A DNA stretch of 47,252 nucleotides, from assembly GCA_964458125.1 (NCBI GenBank), contig CAYWHE010000002.1, positions 2,202 to 49,453 on the forward strand. Direction: 5' to 3'. Both the position numbers and the translations under genes were made by a program. Below, one piece after another: positions 47,125 to 47,252 of the stretch (position 1 is the first letter of the stretch; every line of letters starts with the position of its first letter). Below the pieces are notes generated by a model that searched no databases, was not told where the DNA came from, and was given only the letters and a program-made list of their open reading frames with translations. This stretch comes from an uncultured Flavobacteriaceae bacterium (GTDB lineage Bacteria; Bacteroidota; Bacteroidia; AKYH767-A; OLB10).

Positions 47125-47252
47125 GAGCGATTCAGATTCAGGAAAATTTCTTCAGGCCTTCTCCGGTCAGCCGGATTGTTTTCTCCATTTCGCTTCTGTT
47201 AAATCAATGAGACTATCGTTTCAGAAGCTCCAGAGGAGCGAACTGAAGCGAT

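Noticed and set aside
47199-47252. Possible 3' end of a convergent minus-strand gene at the right edge (frame open from the window end to TAA at 47199-47201)
   Set aside because: Only 17 codons are visible, which is too short to support any call.

Overview
47.3-kb chromosomal segment that looks like Bacteroidota: T9SS type-A and type-B C-terminal sorting domains, SprB-type repeats, PorP/SprF, fused ccoNO, TAnnTTTG -7 boxes and a type-A RNase P RNA. Left half (1-24.4 kb) is a surface-adhesin locus. A 5'-truncated type-B-CTD repeat protein (+) converges on a minus-strand operon of two giant SprB-repeat adhesins (3,453 and 2,784 aa), a PorP/SprF outer-membrane protein and a TPR/beta-propeller/OmpA protein. 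The two giant genes share 6,928 bp at 100 % identity with sharply defined edges, carry different N-terminal regions, and their repeat arrays show an exact 2,334-bp (10-repeat) super-period. A 585-bp AT-rich divergent region separates them from an orphan LytTR response regulator. It holds a 34-codon membrane micro-ORF, the only consensus -7 box, and an imperfect inverted repeat (speculative inverton). Right half contains, in order: a secreted fibre protein (25 x 17-aa repeats, S74 intramolecular-chaperone-like domain, T9SS type-A CTD); a complete cbb3 oxidase cluster (ccoI-ccoS-ccoNO-ccoQ-ccoP-ccoG-FixH-TauE-like); two uncharacterised lipoproteins; a second S74-type fibre protein with a T9SS-CTD neighbour; rnpB; and a 7TM-HD (PgpH-like) phosphohydrolase. 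I saw no transposase, integrase, CRISPR, tRNA/rRNA or recognisable defence genes. All family assignments rest on motifs read by eye, since no database search or folding was possible. The best candidates for something new are the homogenised twin-adhesin locus with its possible switch region, and the S74-chaperone/T9SS-CTD fibre proteins.
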